Source of the DNA: Squalus acanthias
Taxonomy: Eukaryota
DNA: 64,000 nt
Direction: 5' to 3'
Assembly (NCBI GenBank): GCA_030390025.1
Contig: CM059432.1
Location: 5,580,001 to 5,644,000, forward strand
The notes beneath the pieces are model-generated. The model was not told where the DNA came from. It saw only the letters and a list, made by a program, of their open reading frames with translations, and made no database searches. Below, piece after piece: positions 49,800-63,453 of this stretch; within the stretch, counting starts at the first letter, position 1; every line of letters starts with the position of its first letter. The position numbers were made by a program, and so were the translations under genes.

Positions 49800-52080
49800 A
49801 CAGAAAAGGCTGGAAATACTCAGCAGGTCAGGCAGCATCTGTGGAGAGAGAAACAGAGTTAACGTTTCAGGTCGATGACCTTTCGTCAGAACTGGAAAAA
49901 GTTGGAGATGGAACAGGTTTTTAAGCAGGTGTAGGGGCCGGGAAAGGAGGGGAGGGGAGGAAAGAACAAAAGGGAAGGTCTGTGATAGGATGGAAGGCAG
50001 GAGTGATTAAATAACAAAAGGTATGATGGTGCAAGGCAAAAGGAGATGGCAATGGGACAAGTAAAAAAACAAAAGATGACTCTAGAAGAGGTGTAAACGG
50101 GAATGGCAGAATCATCAACAACTGCCATGTGAAAAAATAGGGACAGAGGTTATGGTCTGAAATTGTTGAACTCTCTGTTGAGTCCAGAAGGTTGTAAAGT
50201 GCCTAATCGAAAGATGAGGTGCTGTTCCTCGAGCTTACGTTGAGCTTCATTGGAACAGTGGAGGAGGCCGAGGACAGAGAGGTTAGAGTGGGAATGGAGC
50301 GGTGAATTAAAGTGACAGGCGACCGGAAGCTCAGGGTGACGCTTACAGAATGAACGGAGGTGTTCCACAAAGCGGTCACCCAATCTGCGTTTGGTCTCCC
50401 CAATGTAGAGGAGACCGCATCGTGTGCAGCGAATACAGTATACTAAATTGCAAGAAGTACAAGTAAATCACTGTTTCACCTGGAAGGAATGTTTGGGGCC
50501 CTGGGCAGTGGGAAGGGAGGAGGTAAAAGGGTAGGTGTTGCATCTCCTGCGCTTGCATGGCAAGGTGCCGTGGGAAGGGGACGGGGTGTTGGAGGTGATT
50601 GAGGAGTGGACCAGGGTGTCGGAGGGAGCGGTCCCTTTGGAATGAGGGGAGGGGAAAATGTGTTTGGTGGTGGGATCACACTGGAGGTGGCAGAAATGGC
50701 GGAGGACGATCCGTTGAATGTGAAGGTTGGTGGGGTGAAAGGTGAGGACAAGGGGAACCCGATCGTGGTTCTGGGAGGGAGGGGAAGGGGTGAGAGCAGA
50801 AGCGTGGTAAATGGAACAGACACAATTGAGGGCCATGTCAACCACGGTGGAGGGGAATCCTCAGTTGAGGAAAAAGGAAGACATATCGGAAGCACTAGTA
50901 TGGAAGGTGGCATCGTCAGAGCAGATGCGACGGAGACGGAGAAACTGGGAGAATGGAATAGAGTCCTTACAGGAAGCGAGGTGGGAGGAAGTGTAGTCCA
51001 GGTAGCTGTGGGAGTCAGTGGGATGTTTGTCGATAGCCTACCCCCAGAAATGGAGACAGAGAAGTCGGGGAAGGGAAGAGCCGGAGAAGGGCCATGTGCA
51101 GGTGAGGGAAGGGTTGAAATTGGAAGCAAAGTGAATCTAGTTCAGGGCGAGAGCAGGAAACAGCACCGATACAGTTATCAATGTACTGGAAAAAGAGGTG
51201 AGGTAGGGGACCTGAGTAGGACTGGAATAAAGAATGTTCCACATATCCCACGAAAAGGCAGGCATAGCTAGGACCCATGCGGGTTCCCATAGCAACACTT
51301 TTAATTTGGAGGGAGTGAGTGGAGTCAAAGGAGAAGTTGTTCAATGTGAGAACAAGTTCAGTCAGGCAGAGGAGAGTGGTGATGGATGGGGACTGGTTGG
51401 GCCTCTGTTCAAGGAATAAGTGGAGTGCCCTCAGGCCATCCTGGTGGGAGATGGAGGTGTAGAGGGTTTGGATGTCCATCGTGAGAAGGAGACGGTTGGG
51501 GCCAGGAAACTGGAAACTGTTAAATTGGCGGATGTAGGCGGGAAGAGAATGGACAAGGAGAGTCGAGATAGGAAGAAATCAATTCTGTGGGGCAAGAACA
51601 GGCTGAAACGATGGGTCTACCAGGGCAGTCCTGTTTGTGGATCTTGGGAAGGAGGTAGAAGTGGGCTGTGCAGGGTTGGGGGACTATGAGGTTGGCGGCC
51701 ATGGAGGGAAGATCTCCAGAGGAGATGAGGTCAATGACAGTCTTGGAAACGATTGCTTGATGTTCGGTAGTGGGTCCAGGGGGAGGTAGGAGGAGGTGTC
51801 AGAGAGTTGACGTTCAGCCTCCGCATGGTAGAGGTCGGTTCGCCAAACAACAACAACGCTACCCTTGTCAGCAGGTTTAATGACAATATTGGGGTTGGAT
51901 CTGAGAGAACGGAGTGCTGCAAGTTCAGAGGGAGGTAGGTTGGAGTGAGTGAAGGGAACAGAGAAATTGAGACGGCCGATGTCACTCTGGCAATTCGCAA
52001 TGGAAAGATCTAGAGAGGGTAAGAGGCCAGAGGGAGGGGTCCAGGTAGAACGAGAATTCTGAAAACGGGAGAAAGGGTCC
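49800..52080 (-). mobile_element. Penelope-like element: degenerate RT plus GIY-YIG endonuclease and terminal repeat
   Basis: IKPADKG, MDIQTLYTSI, AMGTRMGPSYA, QYIDN, GDRFVEH motifs across frameshifts; hammerhead-like core at 49861-49889. Other fragments at 35660-35780, 52685-52860, 61606-62155. Confidence 0.9.
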
Positions 52081-53450
52081 ATTTTAGGGCACACAGTTTA
52101 GAATTCTAAACCCTCTAAAGAACAGAACTCCAGGCCGTGATCATAACTTCCTCACTCAGGTAGATACATGTGTCACTCTTGGTAGAGTTAAGGCCAACTT
52201 TTATTTGCCCTTCATCTTTGCTGTTTCAAAGGGGTTAAAAAAGGCTTCTTCGACAGCAGCCCCCAAAGCCGTGACCTCTACCACCTAGAAGGACAAGGGC
52301 AGCAGGCGCATGGGAACACCACCACCTCCAAGATCCCCTCCAGGTCACACACCATCCCGACGTGGACATATGTCGCCGTTCCTTCGTCGTCCCTGGGTTA
52401 GAATCCCAGACCTGCCCACCTAAACATTGTGGGAGCACCTTCACCACACGAACTCCTGCGGTTCAAGAAGAGGGCTCGCCCCCACCTTCCGAGAATGAAT
52501 GAAAAAGAATTGAGTGGCAGGTCACTAGTATCCCTGCCCCTCACCTTCATCCAGTCTTCTTCCACAGCTTGGAGGGAAGTGAAAATCATAAACCTGGCAT
52601 TGGGGGTGAAAAAATAATTAAAAAAAAAAAATCAAAATGTACCTCCCCACATTTGCTGACATTGAATTCCACCATCATATCAATGTTCTTTCATCCCCTC
52701 CCCCATTTCCCAGCCCCTATACTTGCTTAAAAATCTGTTCCATTTCCTGCTTTTTTCCAGTTCTGACAAAAGGTCATCGACCTGAAACGTTAACTCTGTT
52801 TCTCTCTTCACAGATGCTGCCTGACCTGCTGAGTATCTCCAGCATTTTCTGTTTTTATATCATATCATTAGCCTTCCTTTGGACCTCAGAATTATTTATT
52901 ATTATAAGATACCCTAGTTGTGTATACATACATACGTCGGATTAGGATTTGGTTTAATCTCATGTGATTGAAGTTTTTGGTTTCTTTTTTCTTAATGAAA
53001 TGGTTAAAAGTTGTTCATTCCCACAGTGCTTTAGGGTTTGATTAGTCAGGATACAATTTAGCTGTGGTTTAGGTGTTTGCTGAAACGACAGGATGTATAA
53101 GATTCGTGCCTCTTGGCTTGTTTTCATGGTCACATTGGGAAACAGGTAGCCTAGGCAGTTTTGAGATAAAGAGATGGAACAATGGGTGAAAACAAGTTGG
53201 CATGTCATTTTGGAGGAAATGCATCCTTTCTGGCGGTCTTGTTCACAATAACACTTGTCATGCCATTATTAATTAGCACTGACAGTATTCCGTGAGAAAC
53301 AGACTATAAAGATCTCAAGCTTTTCATAACAAGTTATAGAAAGAGAATCAGGATTGGAAAGGAACAACAACGAAGATTACATCTCTACCCGGGGAAAGAA
53401 CACGCAGTAGTATCGCTTATTTCCCTGTATAGCTACTGCTTAAAGATATT

Positions 53451-54484
53451 GGGCCGTATATTCTGATCCCTACGGGTGTGTACGCGCTGTGTACACGCCT
53501 GTAGGGACATCAGAAATGCCGGTTTCAGGCATGCCAAGCGCATGCGCTGAAAACCGGCATTTCCGATCTGTCAAGAATGCTCTTGACAGATTGGACGCCT
53601 GCCCTGGAGAAGGGCCTCTGCGGGGGGAGAGTTCCGCTTTCTGGAGAACCTCCGCCCGCAGAAAACCCTTAGAAATCTTACACCTGCTTTTACCAGCATA
53701 AGATGTGAAATAAAGTTAAAAAAAAATTTTCACTCATTTATCATTGAAAAATACTTTTTAAAAAGGTAAGTTTATTTTTAGCCCCGTAAAAAACTTTAAT
53801 TATTTTTTTCAAAAAATCAAATTTGTTTAAAATATTTAATTTATTGTAATTTCAACTCATTTTAAAAATGCGATTTAAAAAAAATGTATTTAATGTTTTA
53901 CAGTGTTTTTGGGGTGATTTCCATTCATATATTTGACAGGTCTATCTGTCAAGTGTATGAAGGGCGATTCCATAGAAACATAGAAACATAGAATCTAGGA
54001 GCAGGAGTAGGCCATTCGGCCCGTCGAGCCTGCTCCACCATTCAATACGATCATGGCTGATCATCCAAATCCAATACCCTGTCCCTGCTTTAATCCCCAC
54101 AGTACACACATCCCACCCTACCCCCGTAACCCCACGTATTTAATTCCCCCTAACATATCCCATCCTAGCCCCATAACCCCACATATTTAATCCCCCCCTA
54201 ACACTAAGGGTCAATTTTTTTAATTTTTTTATCATAGCCAAATCAACCTAACCCGCACATTTTTGGACTTCTCCTTCTCCTATTGGCTCCCCATGGCCCA
54301 TGTGATCCCAGGGATGCTTGCGAACCGCATGCGCCTCTGGGATACGTGGGCCCTGCACAGTTCGATTTGGAGAGGCCCAGGAGCGGAAGTATACACACCT
54401 CGGGAGCCCTCAGGTAAGTCGGTAGATTTTTTCCAGATCTGAGGCCTCCACACGCAGGAAGCCTCCGATCGGAAAATACGGCCC
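53451..54484. mobile_element. MITE family A, TSD ATT, with nested HE1 fragment
   Basis: TIRs GGGCCGTATATTCTGATC / GATCGGAAAATACGGCCC; ATT on both flanks. Confidence 0.85.
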
Positions 54485-55728
54485 ATTGTGTGTACCTGGA
54501 CTTGGTCGAATACAAATTGCAAACCATATTTGGTGTCAGAAATCGAACTGTTACACTATGCCTCCTATTCTAGTATCAGCTGGAAATCTGAACACCACAC
54601 CCTCTAGCCCTATATCCAAATCAGTGATGTCAATGAAACAGAAGTGGTCCCAGAACAGAATTCTGTAGGGCACCGCTACCCACTTCCAAACAAGCTGAGA
54701 AACCCAACTCCTACTCTGTTTTCTCCCTTCTAACCAGTTTTTAATCCAATTAGCTACCTATCCCTTAATTCCATATCCTATAATCTTCTCCAAGTCTCTC
54801 CTGTGTGGTACCTTGTCAAAGGCTTTCTGAAAGTCCATGTACACCACATCCACTGCAGTTCCCCATTCACCGTATCTGCCACCTCGTCAAATGAGGTTTG
54901 TCAAGCGCCATCTTCCTTTCTGAGCTTTGAGCACCAGTTGTTATTTGTCCCCCTTTGATGTTATGATTTACAGATTCAGTTAGTGTGGTGTAGACATAGT
55001 GGAGGACATCATAAATGTTTAAGAGGAGAGAAGATGAAAGAACACAGCCTATGAATTGGAGCCTCTAGACGCGACTATTCCAATGCTCTCCTGGCCGGCC
55101 TCCCACCTTGCGCCCTCCGTAAACCGTAAGCTTATCCAAAACTCTGCAGCCTGTGTCCTAACTCGCACCAAGTCCTGTTCATCCGTCACCCCTGTGCTCG
55201 CTGACCTACATTGGCTCCCAGTCCTGCAACGCCTCGATTTTAAAATTCTCATCCTTGTTTTCAAACCCCTCCATGGCCTCACCCCTCCCTATCTCTGTAA
55301 CCTCCTCCAGCCCTACTACCCTCCGAGATCTCGGCACTCATCCAATTCTGGCCTCTTGTGCATCCCCAATTTTCTTCGCTCCACCATTGGCGGCCGTGCC
55401 TTCAGCTGCCTGGGCCCTAAGCTCTGGAATTCCCTCCCTAAACCTCTCTGCCTCTTTACCTTTCTCTTCTCTTTTAAGACGCTCCTTAAAACCTACCACT
55501 TTGTGACTAAGCTTTTGGTCACCTGTCCTAATATCTCAAGTGGCTCGTGTCAAACGCTCCTGTGAAGGGTATCGGGACGTTTTACCACATTAAAGATGTT
55601 ATATCAATGCAACTTGTTGTGTATATGAGATAAAAACGTAAGATTGCTGGAAATATTTTTACCGATCAAAACTTTTTTTTGTCTCTTTCCTTTAATGGGC
55701 GTGATGATCCATGGGGAAAAACCGACAG

Positions 55729-56025
55729 CTCCAGATATAAATGGCCCCATTACCGATGAAAGTGAAACAATTCCAGATCACTCCCAACTACTGGAGCCCA
55801 AAGAGTCCGACACTGTCCCTGACGAGGTCGTCACCAGCGAACCGAGCCCTTCAGAAGTTGGTGGGGTTTTGGAGGTGGCTGCTGAGGACTGCCTCAGTTC
55901 TGTTCCCACAGAGATGATTCTTGAAGAACCAGAGCTACCCGCAGCTCCAATGGAAGAGACCTCCCCTTCTGATGCAGACGCTATCACAGAGGTGCAACCC
56001 TCCGAGGCAGAGGAAGAGACTGAAG
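55729..56025 (+). CDS. ERICH5: ERICH5-like coding exon 2 (acidic, Glu/Pro/Ser-rich, 297 nt, phase 1-1)
   Basis: Open acidic frame (APDINGPITDESETIPD...EAEEETE). First AG after the pyrimidine tract is at 55727-55728 (alternative in-frame AG at 55733-55734). Donor AAG|GTAACG at 56026. Phases match exons 1 and 3. Confidence 0.8.
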
Positions 56026-56729
56026 GTAACGCGGCAGCTGGGATCTGCAATTGTGGTGTTGCGACGAGCTGTGTTTTCCACATGCTGGAAATCAAAAAAG
56101 GACGGTCACCCTCGAAGGCTATTTTACAGGCAGGTTTAGTTCTCGAAACAGGGGAAAAAAAAGAAAAAAGACTTGCATTTCTATAGCGCCTTTCACGACC
56201 ACCGGACGTCTCAAAGCGCTTTACAGCCAATTAAGTATTTTTTGGAGTGTAGTCACTGTTGTAATGTGGGAAACGCTTTACAACCAACAAGCTCCCACAA
56301 ACAGCAATGTGATAATGACCAGATAATCAGTTTTACTGATGTTGATTGAGGTATAAATATTGGCCAGGACACCAGGGATAACACCCCCGCTCTTCTTCGA
56401 AATAGTGCCATGGGATCTTTTACGACCACCTGAGAGAGCAGATGGGACCTCAGTTTAACGTCTCATCTGAAAGACAACACCGCCGACAGTGCAGCACTCC
56501 CTCAGTACTGCACTGGAGTGTCAGCCTAGCTTTGTGTGTTCAAGTCCCTGGAGTGGGACTTGAACCCACAACCTTCTGACTAAGAGGCGAGTGTGCTACC
56601 CACTGAGCCACAGCTGACTGGGAGGAACAGGCTGCACTGTGAGCCTCGGCTAGCTACACCAAAGAACTTCTGAATGTGAGATTTCCAATTAAAAATGGAA
56701 GGCATTCACTCTATACACACCATAGGGTA

Positions 56730-57190
56730 GGGTAGCATAGTGGTTATGTTACTGGACTAGTAATCCAGTCTAAGCCTGGACTAATGATCTGGTGACATGA
56801 GTTCAAATCTCACCATGGCAGCTGGGGAATTAAAAATTTAGTTAATTAATTAAATCTGGAATGAAAAGCTAGTGTCAGTAATGGTGACCATGAAACTCCC
56901 AGATAGTCGTAAAAACCCATCTGGTTCACTAATGTCCTTTAGGGACGGAAATCTGCCGTCCTTACCCGGTCTGGCCTATATGTGACTCCAGATCCACAGC
57001 AATGTGGTTGACTCTTAACTGCCCTCTGAAATGGCCGAGCGAGACACTCAGTTGTAACAAACTGCTACAAAGAAGCATCATGGCGATTCAAGAATGCGGC
57101 TCACCACCACCTTCTCAAGGGCAATTAGGGATGGGCAATAAATGCTGGGCCTTGCCAGCGATACCAACATCTCGTGAACAAATAAAAACA
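56730..57190 (+). mobile_element. Full-length tRNA-derived SINE partnered with family-2 LINE
   Basis: GTAGCATAGTGG A box and GAGTTCAAATC B box; tail matches the LINE 3' end (reverse complement of about 2603-2705). Confidence 0.85.
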
Positions 57191-58413
57191 AACTGTCTGT
57201 GTTTTACATGGGCAATCAGTATTTCAGATTTCATAGAATCATAGAAATTTACGGCACAGAGGGAGGCCATTCGGCCAATCCTGTCTGCCCCGGTAGAAAA
57301 AGAACTATCCAGCCGAATCCCACTTTCCAGCTCTTGGTCCGTAGCCCTGTAGGTTACGACACTTCAAGTGCATATCCAAGTACATTTTAAATGCGATGAG
57401 GGTTTCTGCCTCTACCACCCTTTCAGGCAGCGAGTTCCAGACCCCCACCACCCTCTGGGTGAAAAAAGTTCTCCTCAACTCCCCTCTAATCCTTCTACCA
57501 ATTCCTTTAAATCTCTGCCCCCTGGTTATTGACCCTTCTGCCAAGGGAAATAGGTCCTTCCTATCCCCTCATAATTTTATACACCTCAATTAAATCCCCT
57601 CAGCCTCCTCTGTTCCAAAGAAAACAACCCCAGTCTATCCAATCTTTCCTCGTAGCTAAAATTCTCCAGTCCTGGCAACATCCTCGTAAATCTCCTCTGT
57701 ACCCTCTCCAGTGCAATCACATCTTTATTTATGAATGCATGCTCCCACCATAGACCCTCGCCTACTGGGAATGTGTATCGGGAGATCACGGGCTAAGTCC
57801 CCCACAATTTTCATTAAAAGTAGTGATAAAAATTAAAATGATCTAAAATAAAAGAAACCCTGAAAGCTAAAGAAAATCGCTCATCTGATGAATGAGTAAT
57901 TTAATATATGATGTAAATATATATGATCTCATGGGATCTTGCCATGTGTGAATTGGCTGCCAGTTTGCCTGCAGAACAACTGACTACAGTTCAAGAGGTT
58001 CATTGGTTGGGGATGTGTTAAGCCACTAAATAAATAAAAATTCTCTCTGTCATTTAATTCCCTTTCAACTATTTCTGTTAACAATTCGCAGGCAGGCTAT
58101 GTTCTAAAATACCAAGTTAACCTAAAGATTAACCAGTTCCCTTAAGATCAAGCAATTTTAAAATAGAGCGTCTTTCCATATTTCTGTTACAATTTCCAGC
58201 GATTTGATCACCTGACTGAGGCAGCTGCATCGCCCCCCCCCGCCGTACTTGCCCTATGAATGCGTTGTCGCCTCCCCCATCTTTCCCACAACTCCATGTT
58301 TCAACATCTGCAATCGGGTTTCTAATCAAAGTCACAAATGACATCCTCTGTTACTGTGACCATCCCTCCTCATCTTTCTCGACCTCTCTGCAGCTTTCGA
58401 CACGGTTGAGCTC

Positions 58414-61290
58414 ATAGAAACATCGAAACATAGAAGATAGGAGCAGGAGCAGGCCATTCGACCCCTAAAGCCTGTTCCGCCATTTAATGAGATCATGGCT
58501 GATCATCCAAATTCAGTACCCTGTTCCTGCTTTCTCCCCATATCCCTTGATCCCTTTAGCTTTAAGAAATATATCTAACTCCTTCCTGAATATATTTAAT
58601 GAATTGGCCTCAACTGCCTTCTGTGGCAGAGAATTCCACAGGTTCACCACTCTCTGGGTGAAGAAATTCCTCCTCATCTCTGTCCTAAATGGCTTACCCC
58701 TTATCCTTAGACTGTGACCCCTGGTTCTGGACTCCCCCGCCATCGGGAACATCCTTCCTGCATCTAGTCTGTCTAGTCTTGTTAGAATTTTATAAGTTTC
58801 AATGAGATCCCCTCTCATTCTTCTAAACTCTAGCGAATATAAGCCTAATCGACCCAATCTCTCCTCATACGTCATTCCTGCCATCCCAGGTATCAGTCTG
58901 GTGAATCTTCGCTGCACTCGCTCCATGGCAAGAACATCCTTCCTCAGATAAGGTGACCAAAACTGCACACACTACTCAAGGTGTGGTCTCACCAAGGCCC
59001 TGTACAACTGCAGCAAGACATCCTTGCTCCTGTACTCGAATCCTCTCGCTATGAAGGCCAACATACCATTTGACTTCTTAACCGCCTGCTGCACCTGCAT
59101 GCTTACCTTCAGCGATTGGTGCACAAGGACACCCAGGTCTCATTGCACTTCCCCTTTTCCCAATCTATTGCCGTTCAGATAATGAACTGTCTTCCTGTTT
59201 TTGCCACCAAAGTGGATAACCTCGCATTTATCCACATTATACTGCATTTGCCCAATCACCCAACCTGTCCAAATCATACTGGAGTTTTTCTGTATCCTCC
59301 TCACAGCACACACGCCCACCCAGCTTTGTGTCGTCTGCAAACTTGGAGATATTACATCTAGTTCCCTCGTCTAGATCATTTATATATATTGTGAATAGCT
59401 GGGGTCCTAGCACCGATCCCTGCGGTACCACACTAGTCACTGCCTGCCACTCGGAAAAAGACACATTTATTCCAACTATTTGCTTCCTGTCTGCCAACCA
59501 GTTCGCTATCCAAGACAGTACCTTACCCCCAATCCCGTGTGCTTTAACTTTGCACGCTAATCTCTTATGCGGGACCTTATCGAAAGCCTCTGAAAGTCCA
59601 AATACACCACATCCACTGGTTCTCCCTTATCTATTCTACCAGTTACATCCTCAAAAAATTCCAGTAGATTAGTCAAGCATGATTTGCCTTTTGTAAATCC
59701 ATGTTGACTTTGTCCGATCCTGTCACTGTTTTCCAAGTGCTCTGCTATTACATCTTTTATAATGGACTCTAGCATTTTCCCCACTACCAATGTCAGACTT
59801 ACCGGTCTATAATTCCCCGTTTTCTCTCTACCACCTTTTTTAAATAGTGGGGTTACATTAGCTACCCTCCAATCCATGGGAACTGTTCTAGATTCTATAG
59901 AATTTTGGAAGATGACCAGCAATGCATCTACTATTTCTAGGGCCACTTCCTTAAGTGCCCTAGGATGTAGATTATCAGGCCCTGGGGATTTATCGGCCTT
60001 CAATCCCGTCAATTTCCCTAACACCATTTCCCTACAAATAGTGATTTCATTCAATTCCTCCCTCTCATTAGACCCTATGTTCCCCGACATCTCTGGGAGG
60101 TTATTTGTGTCCTCCTTTGTGAAGACAGAACCAAAGTATGTATTTAATTGGTCTGCCATTTCTTTGTTCCCCATTATAAATTCCCGATTCTGACTGCAAG
60201 GGACCTACGCTTGACTTCACCAATCTTTTTCTCTTCACATATCTATAGAAGCTTTTACAGTCAGTTTTTATGTTCCCTGCAAGCTTACTCTCAATCTATT
60301 TTCCCCCTCTTAATTAATCCTTTGTCCTTCTTTGCTGAATCCTAAACTGCTCCCAATCCTCAGATTTGCTGCTTTTTCTGGCCAAATTATATGTCCTCTC
60401 CTTGGATCTTATGCTATCCCTAATTTCCTTGTTAGCCACGGTTGAGTCACCTTTTTTGTTTTATTTTTATGCCAAACAGGGATGAACAAATTCTGTATTT
60501 CATCCATGCGATCTTTAAATGTTTGCCATTGCCTATCCACCGTCAACCCTTTAAGTAACGTTCCCCAATCCATCCTAGCCAACTCGCGCCTCATACCATC
60601 GTAGTATCCTTTATTTAAATTCAGGACCCTAGTCTGAGTCAACTACTTCACTCTCCATTTTAATGAAGAATTCTATCATATTATGATCGCTCCTCCCCAA
60701 GGGGCCTCGCACAACAAGATTGCTACTAAATCCTTTCTCATTACATAATACCCAGTCTAAGATGGCCTGATCTCTAGTTGGTTCCTCGACATATTGGTCC
60801 AGGAAACCATCCTGTATACACTCTAGGAATTCCTCCTCCACAGTATTGTTACTAATTTGGTTAGCCCAATCTATATGTAGATTAAAGTCACCCATGATAA
60901 CTGCTGTGCCCTTATTGCACGCATCTCTAATTTCCCGTTTAATGTCATCCCCAACCTCAGCATTACTGTTTGGGGGTCTGTATACAACTCCACTAACGTT
61001 TTCTGCCCCTTGGTATTTCTCAGCTCTACTCATACAGATTCCACATCATCAGAGCTAATATCCTTCCTTACTATTGAGTTAATCTCCTCTTTAACCAGCA
61101 ATGCTACCCCACCTCCTTTTTTCTGTCCTTCCTGAATATTGAATATCCCTAGATGTTGAATTCCCAGACTTGGTTACCCTGGAGCCATGTCTCCGTAATC
61201 CCAATTATATCATATCCGTTTACATCTATTTGCGCAGCTAATTCATCCACCTTATTACGAATGCTCCTCGCATTAAGACACAAAGCCTTC
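58414..61290 (-). mobile_element. Near-complete CR1 ORF2 with 3' tail, multiple frameshifts, in ERICH5 intron 2
   Basis: GVVYRPPNS..MGDFN..SDHN; NYRPVSL; KFADD; TTCTATGT tail. Same subfamily as 11764-17350. Confidence 0.93.
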
Positions 61291-62957
61291 AGGCTCACCG
61301 TGTTTTACGTTAAAAGCGCTATATCAATGCAGGTTGTTTTTTTTTTTTAATTCGTTCATGGGATGTGGGTGTCGCTGGCAAGGCCAGCATTTATTGCCCA
61401 TCCCCAGTTGCCCTTGAGATAAGGACAATTAGGGATGGGTTGTTGTAAGATAAGTTTCAATGAGTAAGACGGGTCTTTTTGTATTTCGTTAATTATACCG
61501 GCGCTACCGTGGTGTGATACTGTATTGGTTTCAGAACGCGACAGAAAAAAAAGACTGTGGGCCAGTCGGGGGGATGGGGAAATGGGGAGAGCGAGAGAGA
61601 GCAACTCAGCACTTTAATTCTCCGCCCCACTCCCACTCTGACCTCAGCCTCCTACACTGTTCCAACGAAGCTCAACGTAAGCTCGAGGAACAGCACCTCA
61701 TCTTTCCATTAGGCACTTTACAGCCTTCTGGACTCAACATCGAGTTCAACAATTTCAGATCATAACCTCTGCCCCCACTTTTTCGGACGGCAGCTGCTGA
61801 TGATTCTGCCATTCCCATTTACACCTCTTCTCGACGCATCTTTCATTTCTTTACTTGTCCCATCACCATCTCCTTTCGCCTCACACCATCATCCCTTTTG
61901 TCATTTAATCTCTCCCGTCTGCCACCCTATCACAGACCTTCCCTTTTGTTCTTTCCTCTCCTCCCCTCCCCTTTCCCTGCCTCTGTACTTGCTTAAAACC
62001 CGTTACACCTCTAACTTAATCCAGTTCTGACAAAAGTTCATCGACCTGAAACGTTAACACTGTTTCTCTCTCCACCGACACTATTTGACCTGCCGAGTAT
62101 TTCCAGCATTTTCTGTTTTTATTTCAGATTTCCAGCATCCGCAGTATTTTGCTTTTGTACCAACCTTTTTACTTCTGGCACTGCCAAGTTTAAGCTGCTT
62201 CTTTAATTGCTCTCTGGGTGCGTGCCTCATGTGGATGCTCAGGAGCCATCTAATCAAGTGGCCCCACAAGCACAGAAGATCCACCCCTGCAGAAGAACTT
62301 TGCCCTGCAAATTCTAGGTCGGCCCCGGCATAGCGGGGGATGTTTAAAATTGCGTTGAAAGAGCTCTCCAATTAGTCCCACTCCCCCCTGCTCTTTCTCC
62401 ATAGCCCTGCAAATTTTTCCCCTACAAGTATTTATCCAATTACCTTTTGAAAGTTACTATTGAATCTACTTCAGGCAGTGCCTTCCAGATCAGTAAAAAA
62501 ATAATTATCCTCATCTCGCTTCTGGTTCTTTTGCCAATGACCTTAAATCTGTGTCCTCTGGTTACCAACCCTTCTGCCACTCGAAGCAGTTTCTCCTTAT
62601 TTACTCAATCAAAACCCTTCATGATCTTGAACACCTCTTTCAAATCTCCCCTCAACCTTCTCTGCTCTAAGGAGAACAAGCTCAGCTTCTCCAGTCTCTC
62701 CACGTCACTGAAGTACCGCATCTCTGGTACCATTCTAGTCAATCTCCTCTGCATCCTCTCCAAGGCCTTGACATCCCTTCCTAAAGTGTAGTTCCCAGAA
62801 TTGGACACAATACTCCAGCTAGCTTTGCGTCAGCATTGTTTACTTCTCCATATTTCAGGGATGAACCCATTCGGAAAGGTCAGCCAGCTGCAAGATAAGG
62901 TCATGTCTAGGTAATGCATGAATAACTTGATTCAGATTCCATGGTTACTGTATCCAG

Positions 62958-63091
62958 GTGAGACCGGAGAAAAGGTGGAAAGTGAGATAACTGTCGAAGC
63001 CGGAGTTGAAGAGGCGGAGACAAAAGAAGAGGAAACAGAAGACACGGTGGCTTCTGCAGTGAGAGAGATAAGTACGTTGAAAGTCGAATAA
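62958..63091 (+). CDS. ERICH5: ERICH5-like last coding exon (GETGEKVESEITVEAGVEEAETKEEETEDTVASAVREISTLKVE*)
   Basis: Acceptor TATCCAG ends at 62957. Translation matches the recalled human C-terminus GETGEKVET...AETKEEET. TAA at 63089-63091. Confidence 0.88.
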
Positions 63092-63447
63092 TTACTGTTT
63101 GTACTAATTACTTTCACCAGATTAAGCATTATCCTTGGCAACATCTCATGGCCTGTCTCATGTTTCTCATTGTCTTGATCCCCCACTCACCATGCCCCCC
63201 GCCCCCCCCAACCGCACCCCTTACTCTCTACATCCTCACTTGCGTTGAAATCAATACTCATTGCCCCATCTCCCACTCTAACTCATCCATCCCCAAGTCA
63301 ACAAAACAACAGTACTCCTTCCTTTGATTCATTGATAATGCTTTAAAACCCAAGCTAGTCACCTAACCACTATGTCCTGATCTAGCTCTTCTTTCTTCCT
63401 TGGTGGTGTCCTGGTCTGTGAACTTTAGCCTTTCACCTGGGTGCTTC

Positions 63448-63453
63448 AATAAA
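63448..63453 (+). terminator. Candidate polyadenylation signal of ERICH5-like gene
   Basis: AATAAA about 360 nt after the stop, with T/GT-rich sequence downstream. Confidence 0.45.

Noticed and set aside
55644..56186. Single-exon 180-aa gene
   Set aside because: Starts at TTG and its ends are intronic; only 55729-56025 fits as a phase-compatible exon.
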